64,000 nt of DNA, taken from positions 94,710 through 158,709 of IMG/VR virus record IMGVR_UViG_3300021399_000109, one strand, 5' to 3'. The stretch comes from a virus. Its lineage: Duplodnaviria; Heunggongvirae; Uroviricota; Caudoviricetes. A program made the translations under genes and the position numbers. The notes below the pieces were generated by a model, which saw only the letters and a program-made list of their open reading frames with translations, was not told where the DNA came from and made no database searches. Positions 45,096 through 54,837 of the stretch are shown piece by piece. How positions within the stretch are numbered: the stretch's first letter is position 1; the number at the start of each line of letters is the position of its first letter.

Positions 45096-45701
45096 ATGAA
45101 AACGATATTTAATGCTTTTATTGATGATTGGACAAGGGTGAAGAATCATTGTCGTACTACTGATAATAAGGATTTTACAGAAAAAGAAGCCACAGATACT
45201 TTTAAAAAGAAACTTCTTATTTCTGAGCATAGTCCTATTAGACTTCTTGAATTTGATTGGTCTTGGAAAGGGATTCCTTATTGGGTAGCTACGCATTGGG
45301 TTAGACATAAATTTGAAAAATTCCAATCAACGCAAAGAACGGATAGAACAGGACATGATAGGTCGAAGAACCCACAAGATGAACCTGTTAATCTTGATGG
45401 GTATGCTAACATGCAAAATCTTATTGATGCTTGGAGAAAACGTCTTTGTTATTGTGCTAGTCCAGAGACAAGAGAATATGCAGAAGATTTCAAAATTAAA
45501 TTACATGAAACACATCCTGAAGAAGCTAACGTTTTAGTTCCTAATTGTATTTATAGATGTGGTTGTCCAGAATTTAAAACATGTGGTTATTTTGAAAATT
45601 TTTGGTGTGACTATTCAGTTTTTGAATTAACTGATATTCAAGCAAGGTATGATGCTTATAATCAAGATTTTTATTCTAAACATGAAACAACAGAATCTTA
45701 A
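45096..45701 (+). CDS. thyX: ThyX-like (flavin-dependent thymidylate synthase family) protein
   Basis: SEHSPIRLLEFDWSW...THWVRHKFEKFQSTQRT aligns by eye with the ThyX core [36 protein letters not shown] (RHR becomes RHK). Confidence 0.5.
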   Translation: MKTIFNAFIDDWTRVKNHCRTTDNKDFTEKEATDTFKKKLLISEHSPIRLLEFDWSWKGIPYWVATHWVRHKFEKFQSTQRTDRTGHDRSKNPQDEPVNLDGYANMQNLIDAWRKRLCYCASPETREYAEDFKIKLHETHPEEANVLVPNCIYRCGCPEFKTCGYFENFWCDYSVFELTDIQARYDAYNQDFYSKHETTES

Positions 45702-45821
45702 TATAAAAAAATAATGGACAATGGAAAAGATTTACTTTTAATAATTAGTATAGTAACTATATATCAAATTATACAAACTATACGAAATATTACAAGAACT
45801 TATATAATAAAGGAGAATTAA

Positions 45822-46127
45822 ATGGATAATAAATTTATTATACCTTATTTTAGGGCTAAAGCTTTAAACAAAGATTACTATGTTGAAGGATTTTATATGG
45901 CTTATCCAGATACAACTTATTGTTTCATTGAAGACTATATTAGGTCTCCTGTAAAAATTATACATTGTATAGTTAATCATCGAATGACTGATTGGGGATT
46001 GCCTAATGAATCAAGAATTATTGAAATAGATATTGATACATTAGAACAAATAGGTTATTTTGATTCTCAAAGAAAAGTATATAAAGATGAACCTTGGATA
46101 GAATTAATTAGTACAAAGGAGAGTTAA
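45822..46127 (+). CDS. hypothetical protein
   Basis: RBS AAAGGAGAATTAAATG. Confidence 0.45.
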   Translation: MDNKFIIPYFRAKALNKDYYVEGFYMAYPDTTYCFIEDYIRSPVKIIHCIVNHRMTDWGLPNESRIIEIDIDTLEQIGYFDSQRKVYKDEPWIELISTKES

Positions 46128-46128
46128 A

Positions 46129-46356
46129 ATGAGTTATAATGGAATATATTGTTGCACAAAAGATAAAAATAATTGTCCTAAAAAGGATACTTGTTATAGA
46201 TACAATAATCCTGATAATAATCCTTGTGCGACTTTATATAAAGTAGCTTGTACAGAAGAAAATGGTCGTTTATTGTATAAAGAATTTTTATGTGCAAAAA
46301 ACGATATTAAAAGTGAAGAAGAAAGTGAGGTGAATAAGGTATCAAATGAAGGTTGA
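46129..46356 (+). CDS. hypothetical Cys-rich small protein
   Basis: Eight Cys in 75 aa. Confidence 0.4.
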   Translation: MSYNGIYCCTKDKNNCPKKDTCYRYNNPDNNPCATLYKVACTEENGRLLYKEFLCAKNDIKSEEESEVNKVSNEG

Positions 46357-46696
46357 TTATTCAAAAAGACCCATAAATTTAGATATGAAAATGGTCAAAA
46401 AAGGCACTGACGAGTATGATTACTACCAATCTAACTATGAAGATGTTAGATTACCTGATGCAATTTATCTTGGTGAATGTGAAACAGAATCTGAAGCATG
46501 GGATTTATTAAAAAAATATTTAGAAGATAATGGGAAAAGGTGTCCTTACTATTATCGTTGTAATTATTATGGCAATTTAATTGAAATTGATTATGGCAGT
46601 TGGACATATTTTGCTTATATATATGATTTACCAGAAGATAAAAAAGAATTAATTAAACTTAATAAAGAAATTTTTAGTTCATACATAGAGGAGTAA
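46346..46696 (+). CDS. hypothetical protein
   Basis: Overlapping start. ORF of uniform composition. Confidence 0.4.
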   Translation: MKVDYSKRPINLDMKMVKKGTDEYDYYQSNYEDVRLPDAIYLGECETESEAWDLLKKYLEDNGKRCPYYYRCNYYGNLIEIDYGSWTYFAYIYDLPEDKKELIKLNKEIFSSYIEE

Positions 46697-46699
46697 AAG

Positions 46700-47002
46700 A
46701 TGTTAGCATATAATTTAAATGATTTAAGTAATGTAAAACCTTTAGTTGATATTTGTGAAAAATATAAACCTTACTTTAATGTAGATATTATTCATGGACA
46801 TTATGTGGTTGATGGTTGTAGTTATTTGGGGATTTGTTCAATGTGTCCCAATATTGTTTCTATTGTGCCTGTTCTTCCAGAAATTATTGATGAAGGAACA
46901 AGAACTAAATATTTTCAATTTAATCAAGAAATAATGAAATTGGGTAGAGAAAGTCATGAATCTAATTGGGCGGAGAAAGTCATGAGTCTAAGGAGCGTCT
47001 AA
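46700..47002 (+). CDS. hypothetical protein
   Basis: RBS AGAGGAGTAAAAGATG. Confidence 0.4.
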   Translation: MLAYNLNDLSNVKPLVDICEKYKPYFNVDIIHGHYVVDGCSYLGICSMCPNIVSIVPVLPEIIDEGTRTKYFQFNQEIMKLGRESHESNWAEKVMSLRSV

Positions 47003-47017
47003 GGAGTAAGATAAGAT

Positions 47018-47605
47018 ATGTTATTAATTATTGGTGGAAAATCTGGTTCTGGAAAAGATAGTATTGTTAAAGAATTTGAGAAAAATGGTTGGAAAAAAAT
47101 TATTAAATACACTAATAGACCTAAAAGAGAGGGCGAAATTGATGGAGTAGATTATCATTTCGTATCCACTGAACTTATGGAAATAATACCTTTTATTTTT
47201 AAACAATCTTTTGTAGTAGCAAATGGTGATACATGGTATTATGGTTTTCCTATGGAACACATAATACTTCCCGATAATAAAAATGATAAATATATAACAA
47301 TTATGACTCCATTTGAATATAATAGTTTTCTTAATATGACAAAGGAGTTTAAAATAATAGGAAAAGATTTTATTTCCGTACAGATTGATATTCCAGATAA
47401 CATACGAAGAGAGCGTTTAATTAAGCGTGGAGATAATATAGAAGAAATTAATAGAAGAATTAAAGCAGATAACAAAGATTTTGAAGGATGGGAACTAAAA
47501 CATAGAAAAGAAAGTCAATTTCCTTTATTTTATATTCGTGATGGAATAGGAGATAGAACTCCTGAAGATATATATAATACAATTATTAAAATGATGGAAT
47601 CATAG
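47018..47605 (+). CDS. P-loop nucleotide (dNMP/guanylate-type) kinase
   Basis: N-terminal P-loop LLIIGGKSGSGKDS. About 195 aa. Sits in the nucleotide-metabolism module. Confidence 0.5.
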   Translation: MLLIIGGKSGSGKDSIVKEFEKNGWKKIIKYTNRPKREGEIDGVDYHFVSTELMEIIPFIFKQSFVVANGDTWYYGFPMEHIILPDNKNDKYITIMTPFEYNSFLNMTKEFKIIGKDFISVQIDIPDNIRRERLIKRGDNIEEINRRIKADNKDFEGWELKHRKESQFPLFYIRDGIGDRTPEDIYNTIIKMMES

Positions 47606-47618
47606 AAAGGAGTTACAT

Positions 47619-47834
47619 ATGGATGTAGTTTTATATTCAACAGATGGATGCCCTAAATGTAATGAAATAAAAAAGGGACTCGATAAAAAGAAAATTGATT
47701 ATATTCTTATTCATGGGGAAGAAGCTGAGAATGAAGTAATTAAAATGGGATATAATTCAATGCCTATTTTAAAAGTAGATGATAGAATTATGAAATATCC
47801 AGAAGCTTATAACTGGTTAAGAAAAGAGGTTTGA
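47619..47834 (+). CDS. nrdH: NrdH/glutaredoxin-like redoxin
   Basis: CPKC active site near the N-terminus of a 71-aa protein, immediately upstream of nrdD. Confidence 0.6.
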   Translation: MDVVLYSTDGCPKCNEIKKGLDKKKIDYILIHGEEAENEVIKMGYNSMPILKVDDRIMKYPEAYNWLRKEV

Positions 47835-47835
47835 T

Positions 47836-49695
47836 ATGGGATTAGAGCAATATAGAAAAAATATAGAATATATACAAAGATATAGAAAAGCTTCTAATGC
47901 GGCTACAGGTAGTAAGTTTGATGCCAATGCTAATGTAGAAAATAAAAATATTACTACCATGATGGGAGAATTACCCAAAGAAGATATAATTGGAACTAAT
48001 AGGCTTCTTATGTATGATAAAATAACTGAAATATTTGACAACTATCTTGCTCAAAACTATTTAGAACAACTTAATGAACATTTAATTTATAAACATGACG
48101 AAACAAGTTTATATCCTTATTGTGTAAGTATTACTATGTATCCTTTTATTTCTAAAGGAATGAAAGATATAGGTGGTATTTCAGAAGCACCTAAAAATTT
48201 ACAGTCTTTTTGCGGTTCTTTTATTAATTTAGTATTTGCTGTTGCCGCTCAATTTGCAGGAGCAGTTAGTACCCCAGAATTTTTAACATATATGGATTAT
48301 TTTATTCGTAGAGAATATGGGGACGAATATTATAAACATACCAAAAAGGTAGTAGATTTATCTAAAAGAGGACGAACATTAGATGATGTAATTACAGGCT
48401 ATTGGCAACAAATTATTTATTCTATTAATCAGCCTGCCGCCGCAAGAAATTATCAAAGCGTATTTTGGAATATTGCTTATTTTGATGAACCATATTTTAA
48501 TGGTATTTTTGAAGATTTTGTTTTCCCAGATGGTACTGCCCCTAAGTGGGAATCAGTTAATTGGTTACAGAAACGATTTATGATTTGGTTTAATCAAGAA
48601 AGACTTAGAACTATTTTAACTTATCCTGTTGAAACATTTAATTTATTAAATAATGAAGAGGATTTTGTAGATAAAGATAATGCTGATTTTGTTGCAGAAA
48701 TGTGGAGTAAAGGGCATTCATTCTTTATGTATAATAGTAATAGTGTAGATTCGTTGGCTTCATGTTGCAGACTTCGCAACGAATTACAGGACAATGCTTT
48801 TTCATATACGCTTGGAGCAGGTGGTGTTTCAACAGGTAGTAAAGGTGTTATTACACTTAATTTTAATCGTTTGATTCAAAATACCATTAAAGATAAAGAA
48901 CATATTGATTGGGATGCTTTAGATAAAGCAATTAGAGATGAAATTAAAACAATTCATAAATTCCTTATTGCTTATAATGAAATTGTTAAGGATAATCTTA
49001 AAGCAGGTATGTTACCTGTGTATGATGCAGGATATATTAATATGTCTAAACAATTTCTTACAATAGGTATTAATGGTTTAATTGAAGGAGCAGAATATTT
49101 AGGAATTGATATATCTACAAATGATAAATATTTTGATTTTTGTACAAAATGTTTAAAACCTATTTATGAAGAGAATAAAAAGGCTAAGACTAGAGACTTA
49201 ATGTTTAATACTGAATATGTTCCTGCTGAGAATCTCGGTGTTAAAAATGCTAAATGGGATAAAGAAGATGGCTATTTTTCTCCTAGAGATTGTTATAATT
49301 CATATTTTTATCGTCCAGAAGATGAAACTTGTTCTCCTGTTGATAAATTAATTTTACATGGTAAACAAACCACAAAATGGTTAGATGGTGGTTCAGCTTG
49401 CCATATTAATCTTCAAGAACATCTTTCTAAAGAACAATATAAAAAGTTAATGAAAATAGCAATTAAAACAGGCTGTTCTTATCTAACATTTAATATACCC
49501 AATACTATTTGCAACGATTGTGGAAATATTAGTAAACATCGGTTTGAAAAATGTCCTAAATGTGGTTCTGAAAATATTGATTATGCCACAAGAATAATTG
49601 GATATTTAAAAAGAGTTTCTAAATTTTCTGAACAAAGACAAAAAGAAGAAGCTAAGAGGGTTTATTGGGATGATACCAAAGTTAAAGTATGTTAA
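47836..49695 (+). CDS. nrdD: anaerobic ribonucleoside-triphosphate reductase (class III)
   Basis: C-terminal zinc ribbon CNDCG...CPKCGS followed by the glycyl-radical motif TRIIGYLKRV. Confidence 0.8.
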   Translation: MGLEQYRKNIEYIQRYRKASNAATGSKFDANANVENKNITTMMGELPKEDIIGTNRLLMYDKITEIFDNYLAQNYLEQLNEHLIYKHDETSLYPYCVSITMYPFISKGMKDIGGISEAPKNLQSFCGSFINLVFAVAAQFAGAVSTPEFLTYMDYFIRREYGDEYYKHTKKVVDLSKRGRTLDDVITGYWQQIIYSINQPAAARNYQSVFWNIAYFDEPYFNGIFEDFVFPDGTAPKWESVNWLQKRFMIWFNQERLRTILTYPVETFNLLNNEEDFVDKDNADFVAEMWSKGHSFFMYNSNSVDSLASCCRLRNELQDNAFSYTLGAGGVSTGSKGVITLNFNRLIQNTIKDKEHIDWDALDKAIRDEIKTIHKFLIAYNEIVKDNLKAGMLPVYDAGYINMSKQFLTIGINGLIEGAEYLGIDISTNDKYFDFCTKCLKPIYEENKKAKTRDLMFNTEYVPAENLGVKNAKWDKEDGYFSPRDCYNSYFYRPEDETCSPVDKLILHGKQTTKWLDGGSACHINLQEHLSKEQYKKLMKIAIKTGCSYLTFNIPNTICNDCGNISKHRFEKCPKCGSENIDYATRIIGYLKRVSKFSEQRQKEEAKRVYWDDTKVKVC

Positions 49696-50149
49696 TTATG
49701 GAATTGTACTCGAAGAAGTTCCAGATGAAATTAGTTTAGCAATTAATATTAGTGGATGCCCTTATAGGTGTGAAGGATGTCATTCAAAATATCTTTGGGA
49801 ATATACTGGTAATTATTTAGAAGAAGATTTAGATAAAATAATTGAACCTTATAAAGAATATATAACGTGTATTTGTCTTATGGGTGGAGACCAAAATATT
49901 TCTGAATTATATAAAATATGTGAATTAATTAAAAATGAATATAATTTAAAAATTTGTATTTATTCTGGACATAATACAAGAGCTATATTCACTAAATTTA
50001 TTGCTGATGAACTATTAGATTATTTAAAAATAGGTTCTTATATTCGTGAATTAGGTGGTTTAAATAATCCGGCTACAAATCAAAGAATGTATAAAATAGA
50101 GAATAGAACAATAAAAGATATTACAAAAAAATTTCAACATACTACTTGA
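49670..50149 (+). CDS. nrdG: anaerobic RNR activating protein (radical SAM)
   Basis: CPYRCEGCHS matches the CxxxCxxC radical-SAM cluster. Overlaps the nrdD end. Confidence 0.75.
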   Translation: MIPKLKYVNYGIVLEEVPDEISLAINISGCPYRCEGCHSKYLWEYTGNYLEEDLDKIIEPYKEYITCICLMGGDQNISELYKICELIKNEYNLKICIYSGHNTRAIFTKFIADELLDYLKIGSYIRELGGLNNPATNQRMYKIENRTIKDITKKFQHTT

Positions 50150-50174
50150 CAAAAGCATAATAATAAGCTATAAT
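50146..50174 (+). promoter_or_regulatory. sigma70-type promoter (perfect consensus) overlapping the nrdG 3' end, followed by a leader hairpin
   Basis: TTGACA, 17-bp spacer, TATAAT. Hairpin plus T-run at 50194-50228. Gene at 50250. Confidence 0.55.
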
Positions 50175-50249
50175 AAGAATATACCAAAGTTCGAAAGGCA
50201 GTATCTTGAACATGGTACTGCCTTTTATATTCACAAAAAAGGAGGAAAA

Positions 50250-50642
50250 ATGAAACCAATTAGCTACAATAGTCAATATAAGAATAAGTATTATGTTCCA
50301 AAAAAAGTTCGAGAAAATTTATATAGAAGAGGTTTTAGATACAGCTTCTTAGATGATGGATATGTGCTAAAATTTCCAATTGATACTTATAAAAATATTC
50401 CAACTTTATTCGCAAGAATTGTAATTAATGATTATACAAATGAAGTTAGAATTAATGTAGTTAATGGGTCTAACGAACCTTATCCTGCTTTTTATAAGTG
50501 TGAAAATAAAGGGTATATTAACTATTTAGATAGAGTTTGCACTACAATTAATAAGCGTATGAAACGCATGGGATTTAAAGTAAAACATAAAAAAGAAAAA
50601 GTAATTTTTGAATATGAAAACCCTAAACAGATTTTTAAATAA
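50250..50642 (+). CDS. hypothetical protein
   Basis: RBS AAAAAGGAGGAAAAATG after a leader hairpin. Confidence 0.45.
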   Translation: MKPISYNSQYKNKYYVPKKVRENLYRRGFRYSFLDDGYVLKFPIDTYKNIPTLFARIVINDYTNEVRINVVNGSNEPYPAFYKCENKGYINYLDRVCTTINKRMKRMGFKVKHKKEKVIFEYENPKQIFK

Positions 50643-50658
50643 TAGAAAAGGAGATTAA

Positions 50659-52020
50659 ATGTATAACGGTTATGTAACAACAATTAAAGAAATCCATAAA
50701 CACTCAAATGCTGACAGATTACAGTGTGTTACAGTATTTGGCAACAATGCTATTGTTGATATGTCATATAAAATGGGACAGAAAGTAGTTTTCTTTCCTG
50801 TTGATGGTCAGCTTAGTAAAGAGTTTGCTACTAAATGCAATCTAGTTAAAAAGTATGTTCCAGTTTCTGAACTTTCAGAAGAGGAAATCGGGAATAAACC
50901 TATTGTACAGAAAGATGGAATTGACGTTGTTAATGTAGGTGGATATATGGATGCTGAAAAGCGTAATATTACTGCATTAAAACTTCGTGGTGAAAAATCA
51001 GAGGGATTAATTCTTCCTATTGAAACTTTATCTGATTATACAGATATTAATAAATTAAAAGATGGGGATATTATTTCTACATTAAATGGACATGAAATTT
51101 GTAAAAAATATATTCCTATTAGAAAAAAGAGAGGTTCTCAGAATAATAATATTAAAGTCAATAAGAAAGAATTAAAAGAAGTTGTAGCCTATCCTTTTTT
51201 CTGTGAACATATTGACACACAGCAGTTAGCTTATAACCAGAACGCATTTAAAGAGGGGGATATTTGTTATATTACTTTGAAAATGCATGGAACAAGTCAG
51301 CGAACTGCAAATACTGTTCAGGTTACTACAATTAAGAGGAATCCTATTTTAAAGAAACTTTTCCATCTTAAAGATAAGGTAGTTAAAGAATATAAATATA
51401 TTTCTGGAACTAGAAGAACTACTTTAAGAGAATACGATGGTGGTTATTATGGTGATAATAAATTTAGACAGAAATATCATGATTTCCTTAAAGATAAACT
51501 TCCTAAAGGTGTAGAAATTTTTTATGAAGTTGTAGGTTATGCAAACGGTGAACAAACTATTATGGGCAAATGCTCTAATAAACTTATTAGAGATAAGAAA
51601 TTCCAGAAACAGTATGGAGAAGAAACAGTATTCTCTTATGGCTGTGGTGTAGGCGAAAATGATGCCTATGTTTATCGTATGACTATGACAAATGAGGATG
51701 GTTACGCTATTGAAATACCTTGGGAGCAGGTACAGATTGAAGTAGAAAAAATGGGTATGAAATGTGTTCCTACTTTTGAGAAATTTATTTTTACTACTTG
51801 GGAAGATTTGATGGAAAGAGTAGAAAAATATTATGATGGAGTTGACCCCATTGGTAAGACACATGTTCGTGAGGGTGTTGTCGTAAGAATTGATAATAGA
51901 CCTACTTTTACAGCATATAAACATAAGAACTTTAGTTTTAAATGCTTAGAGGGTATTATTAAGGATAATGCTGATGCCCCTGACATGGAAGAAGCGGAAG
52001 AAATTATTAATAATGAATAA
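50659..52020 (+). CDS. Rnl2-type RNA ligase with N-terminal tRNA-binding (Trbp111/EMAP-like OB) domain
   Basis: Nucleotidyltransferase motif I ITLKMHGTS (T4 Rnl2 has KIHGTN). Motif IV-like REGVVVR. Motif V-like YKHKNFSFK. N-terminal IKEIHKHSNADRLQCVTVFGN resembles tRNA-binding domains. Confidence 0.6.
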   Translation: MYNGYVTTIKEIHKHSNADRLQCVTVFGNNAIVDMSYKMGQKVVFFPVDGQLSKEFATKCNLVKKYVPVSELSEEEIGNKPIVQKDGIDVVNVGGYMDAEKRNITALKLRGEKSEGLILPIETLSDYTDINKLKDGDIISTLNGHEICKKYIPIRKKRGSQNNNIKVNKKELKEVVAYPFFCEHIDTQQLAYNQNAFKEGDICYITLKMHGTSQRTANTVQVTTIKRNPILKKLFHLKDKVVKEYKYISGTRRTTLREYDGGYYGDNKFRQKYHDFLKDKLPKGVEIFYEVVGYANGEQTIMGKCSNKLIRDKKFQKQYGEETVFSYGCGVGENDAYVYRMTMTNEDGYAIEIPWEQVQIEVEKMGMKCVPTFEKFIFTTWEDLMERVEKYYDGVDPIGKTHVREGVVVRIDNRPTFTAYKHKNFSFKCLEGIIKDNADAPDMEEAEEIINNE

Positions 52021-52040
52021 TTAAAAAAGGAGATTAAAAA

Positions 52041-52709
52041 ATGAATATGGCAGATGGATTCAATAATATGTTTAATGGTATGTTTGGTAAAATTCAGAGT
52101 GGTCAGTGTAGACTTGCTATGAATGGACGTATTGCAGTAAAGACTTCTACTGGTTATAAAACTTATGACCTTAAAAAGAATAGACTTACTAACTGTAATA
52201 ATTTTGTTTTTAATGGTATGGATGAATTTTTCTTTGTCATTCCTACTAATAAAGCCCAGAGGGGAGATATTATTCTTGTTCAGGGTCAGCCTAGATGCGT
52301 TGTTAAAGTAGAAGATAACCAGATTACTGTTGTTAATTACGAAAACAATACAGTAGAAACCGTTCTTCCTGAAAGACATGTATTTATGGGCAATACTTAT
52401 TTCTACGGTAAAATCGTATCTCTGTTTGGCGGTACGAATTTTAAAGGCAAGAATGGTATGAATAACATCATGAAATATATGATGCTTTCCGAAATGATGA
52501 AAGGTAATGGCGGTAATAATAACAACATGTTTGGTAACATGATGCCTTTTGTACTTATGAGTAATAATGGTATGGATATGTTTGCAGGTCTTTTTGATTT
52601 TGAAGATTCTGTTATTGATATGCCTTTCTCTTTGACGAAAGATAATGATACAGACGATACTGATGATTCTGATGATACAGATAATGATGTAGATGGAGAT
52701 GACAAGTAA
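52041..52709 (+). CDS. Met/Asn/Gly-rich protein with poly-acidic C-terminal tail
   Basis: Low-complexity GNGGNNNNMFGNMM and C-terminal DTDDTDDSDDTDNDVDGDDK. Confidence 0.45.
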   Translation: MNMADGFNNMFNGMFGKIQSGQCRLAMNGRIAVKTSTGYKTYDLKKNRLTNCNNFVFNGMDEFFFVIPTNKAQRGDIILVQGQPRCVVKVEDNQITVVNYENNTVETVLPERHVFMGNTYFYGKIVSLFGGTNFKGKNGMNNIMKYMMLSEMMKGNGGNNNNMFGNMMPFVLMSNNGMDMFAGLFDFEDSVIDMPFSLTKDNDTDDTDDSDDTDNDVDGDDK

Positions 52710-53596
52710 TGGGTAGCGGAAGTTATAGTAAAGACGATTTTATAAGTTATACTAGTGCGACAAAACGTGATGCAATTTTTGATAGTTTAGGAAGGATTAC
52801 CAATAGTTATTCTGAACAAGATGTTTTTAAACAGACTAATCTTTCTTCTACATTAAATCCTTATAATGTTATGCGTGAATGTTGTGACACGGAAGAGCAT
52901 CCTAACACAATTCCTGTAATTCTTGCTCTTGATGTTACTGGTTCTATGGGTTCTGCTTCTCTTGAAGTAGCTAAAAGTCTTAATGTGATTATGGAGAATT
53001 TATATAAGAATATTAAAGACATTGAATTTTGTATTATGGGGATTGGTGATATGGCTTATGACCGTTGCCCTGTTCAAATGTCTCAGTTTGAATCTGATAT
53101 TCGTATTGCAGAAAATGTAGATGCTATCTATCATGAACATGGTGGTGGGGGCAATTCCTATGAATCTTATTCTTTGGCATGGTATATGGGATTACATCAT
53201 ACTAGTCTTGATTGTTGGAAACGTAATAAAAAGGGTATTATTATTACATTAGGAGATGAGAATCTTAACCCTTATATTCCAGTAGTTGGTTATAAAACTA
53301 CGATTGAAAGATATATGGGAGATGATGTTCAAGGAACAATTGAAACCAAAGACCTTTATGAAGAAGCATCCAAAAAATTTGATATTTATCATATTCATGT
53401 AAATCATTCTCATAGTAGTAATATGAGAGAGAAAGACGCTGTTACTACTTTCGGTGATGTTATTGGGGCAGATAAGGTTAAAGTTGCTACATTAGAAACA
53501 TTACCTGATACTATTGTAGATATTATTGTAAATGCTAGTGATAATAATTATGTTGCACCTGAAAATAATTCTAGTGGGGGTATTGCTTGGGTATGA
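52709..53596 (+). CDS. von Willebrand factor A (vWA) domain protein
   Basis: MIDAS-like LDVTGSMGS. Confidence 0.55.
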   Translation: MGSGSYSKDDFISYTSATKRDAIFDSLGRITNSYSEQDVFKQTNLSSTLNPYNVMRECCDTEEHPNTIPVILALDVTGSMGSASLEVAKSLNVIMENLYKNIKDIEFCIMGIGDMAYDRCPVQMSQFESDIRIAENVDAIYHEHGGGGNSYESYSLAWYMGLHHTSLDCWKRNKKGIIITLGDENLNPYIPVVGYKTTIERYMGDDVQGTIETKDLYEEASKKFDIYHIHVNHSHSSNMREKDAVTTFGDVIGADKVKVATLETLPDTIVDIIVNASDNNYVAPENNSSGGIAWV

Positions 53597-54837
53597 CAAA
53601 AAATGTCAAAGTAATAATTGGTGCGAATTACGGTGACGAAGGAAAGGGATTGGGGACAGATTACTTCTGTTCCCTTAACCCTGAATCTACTATTGGTGTA
53701 TTGACTAATGGTAGCGCACAAAGAGGACATACTGTAGATACAAAAGATGGACATCATCATGTATTCCATCATTTTAGTTCAGGCACTTTCAATAATATCC
53801 CCACTTATATATCTAATTCTTTTTTAATTAATCCTATGGCTTTTGTTAAAGAATATAATGAATTAATGACTAAAGGTTTTCAGTCTAAATATTATATTCA
53901 TCCAGATTGTCGTGTTGTCACACCTTTTGATATGATGTGCAATCAAGTTGACATGAAGAAAGAAGAATCTCATAATTCTTGTGGCATGGGAGTATGGCGA
54001 ACTATTAACAGATATAGAAAAGATAAAGAAATAAATCTTAGTATTCAAGAATGGTTTAATTTAATTTTAAATAATAAAGAACAAGCCTTTCAAGAATTAT
54101 ATAATATATTTTTATATTATTATGAAGATATAGATGGGTATTGTACTGATATTAATATTACTAATTTAATAGAACATTTTATACTTGATATTTGTTTTGT
54201 AGTAGATAATGCCATACTTGTTGTAAAAGATACTGAAATTTTAAATAATTTTGAAACAGTAGTTTTTGAAAATGGACAGGGATTAGCATTAAGTGATGAT
54301 TTTTGTTCAGAAGACGAGTTCGAAAAAAACTACTTGACTTCTACTATCACAGGTGCTATAATACCTTATGAAATCATTGAAAGAAATTTTAATAATGCTA
54401 ATGTTGAAATATGTTATGTAACTAGAACTTATTTAACTAGACATGGAGATGGATGGTTTATTGAACTTGATAAAAATAATCCGATTTTTTTATTCGATTA
54501 TACCAATATTTATAATCCATTTCAAGGAAGATTAAGATATAGCTATTTTACTCCTATATTAATTGCAGATATGTTAGATAGAATTACAGATGACTTTTTT
54601 AAAATTTTTACACATCAACTATTTACAATTGATAAAAATAATTATTTTTGTTCTATATTGGTTACACATTGGAATGAAAAACCAGAAATTCATGAGAAAT
54701 TAGCATTAGAAATTACACGATATATAAATTATTTAAAAGAATATAAATATAATGGGAATTTTTATATATCTGATTCTAAATACAGAGATTCTGTAAGAAT
54801 ATATAATAAAGAAGAATTAGAAAAGGAGAACAAATGA
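53587..54837 (+). CDS. adenylosuccinate synthetase (PurA) family homolog
   Basis: N-terminal GANYGDEGKG (PurA GDEGKGK P-loop). AQRGHTV and VFHHFSSGT match the PurA NAGHT...PSGI region. The rest is diverged. Confidence 0.65.
   Translation: MGMTKNVKVIIGANYGDEGKGLGTDYFCSLNPESTIGVLTNGSAQRGHTVDTKDGHHHVFHHFSSGTFNNIPTYISNSFLINPMAFVKEYNELMTKGFQSKYYIHPDCRVVTPFDMMCNQVDMKKEESHNSCGMGVWRTINRYRKDKEINLSIQEWFNLILNNKEQAFQELYNIFLYYYEDIDGYCTDINITNLIEHFILDICFVVDNAILVVKDTEILNNFETVVFENGQGLALSDDFCSEDEFEKNYLTSTITGAIIPYEIIERNFNNANVEICYVTRTYLTRHGDGWFIELDKNNPIFLFDYTNIYNPFQGRLRYSYFTPILIADMLDRITDDFFKIFTHQLFTIDKNNYFCSILVTHWNEKPEIHEKLALEITRYINYLKEYKYNGNFYISDSKYRDSVRIYNKEELEKENK

Noticed and set aside
45313-45537. 74-aa ORF inside the ThyX-like gene in another frame
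   Set aside because: Internal alternative frame with no RBS.
51424-52379. Minus-strand ORFs 51424-51924 and 51831-52379 antisense to the RNA ligase gene
   Set aside because: Antisense, hydrophobic low-complexity translations. The ligase frame carries recognisable catalytic motifs.
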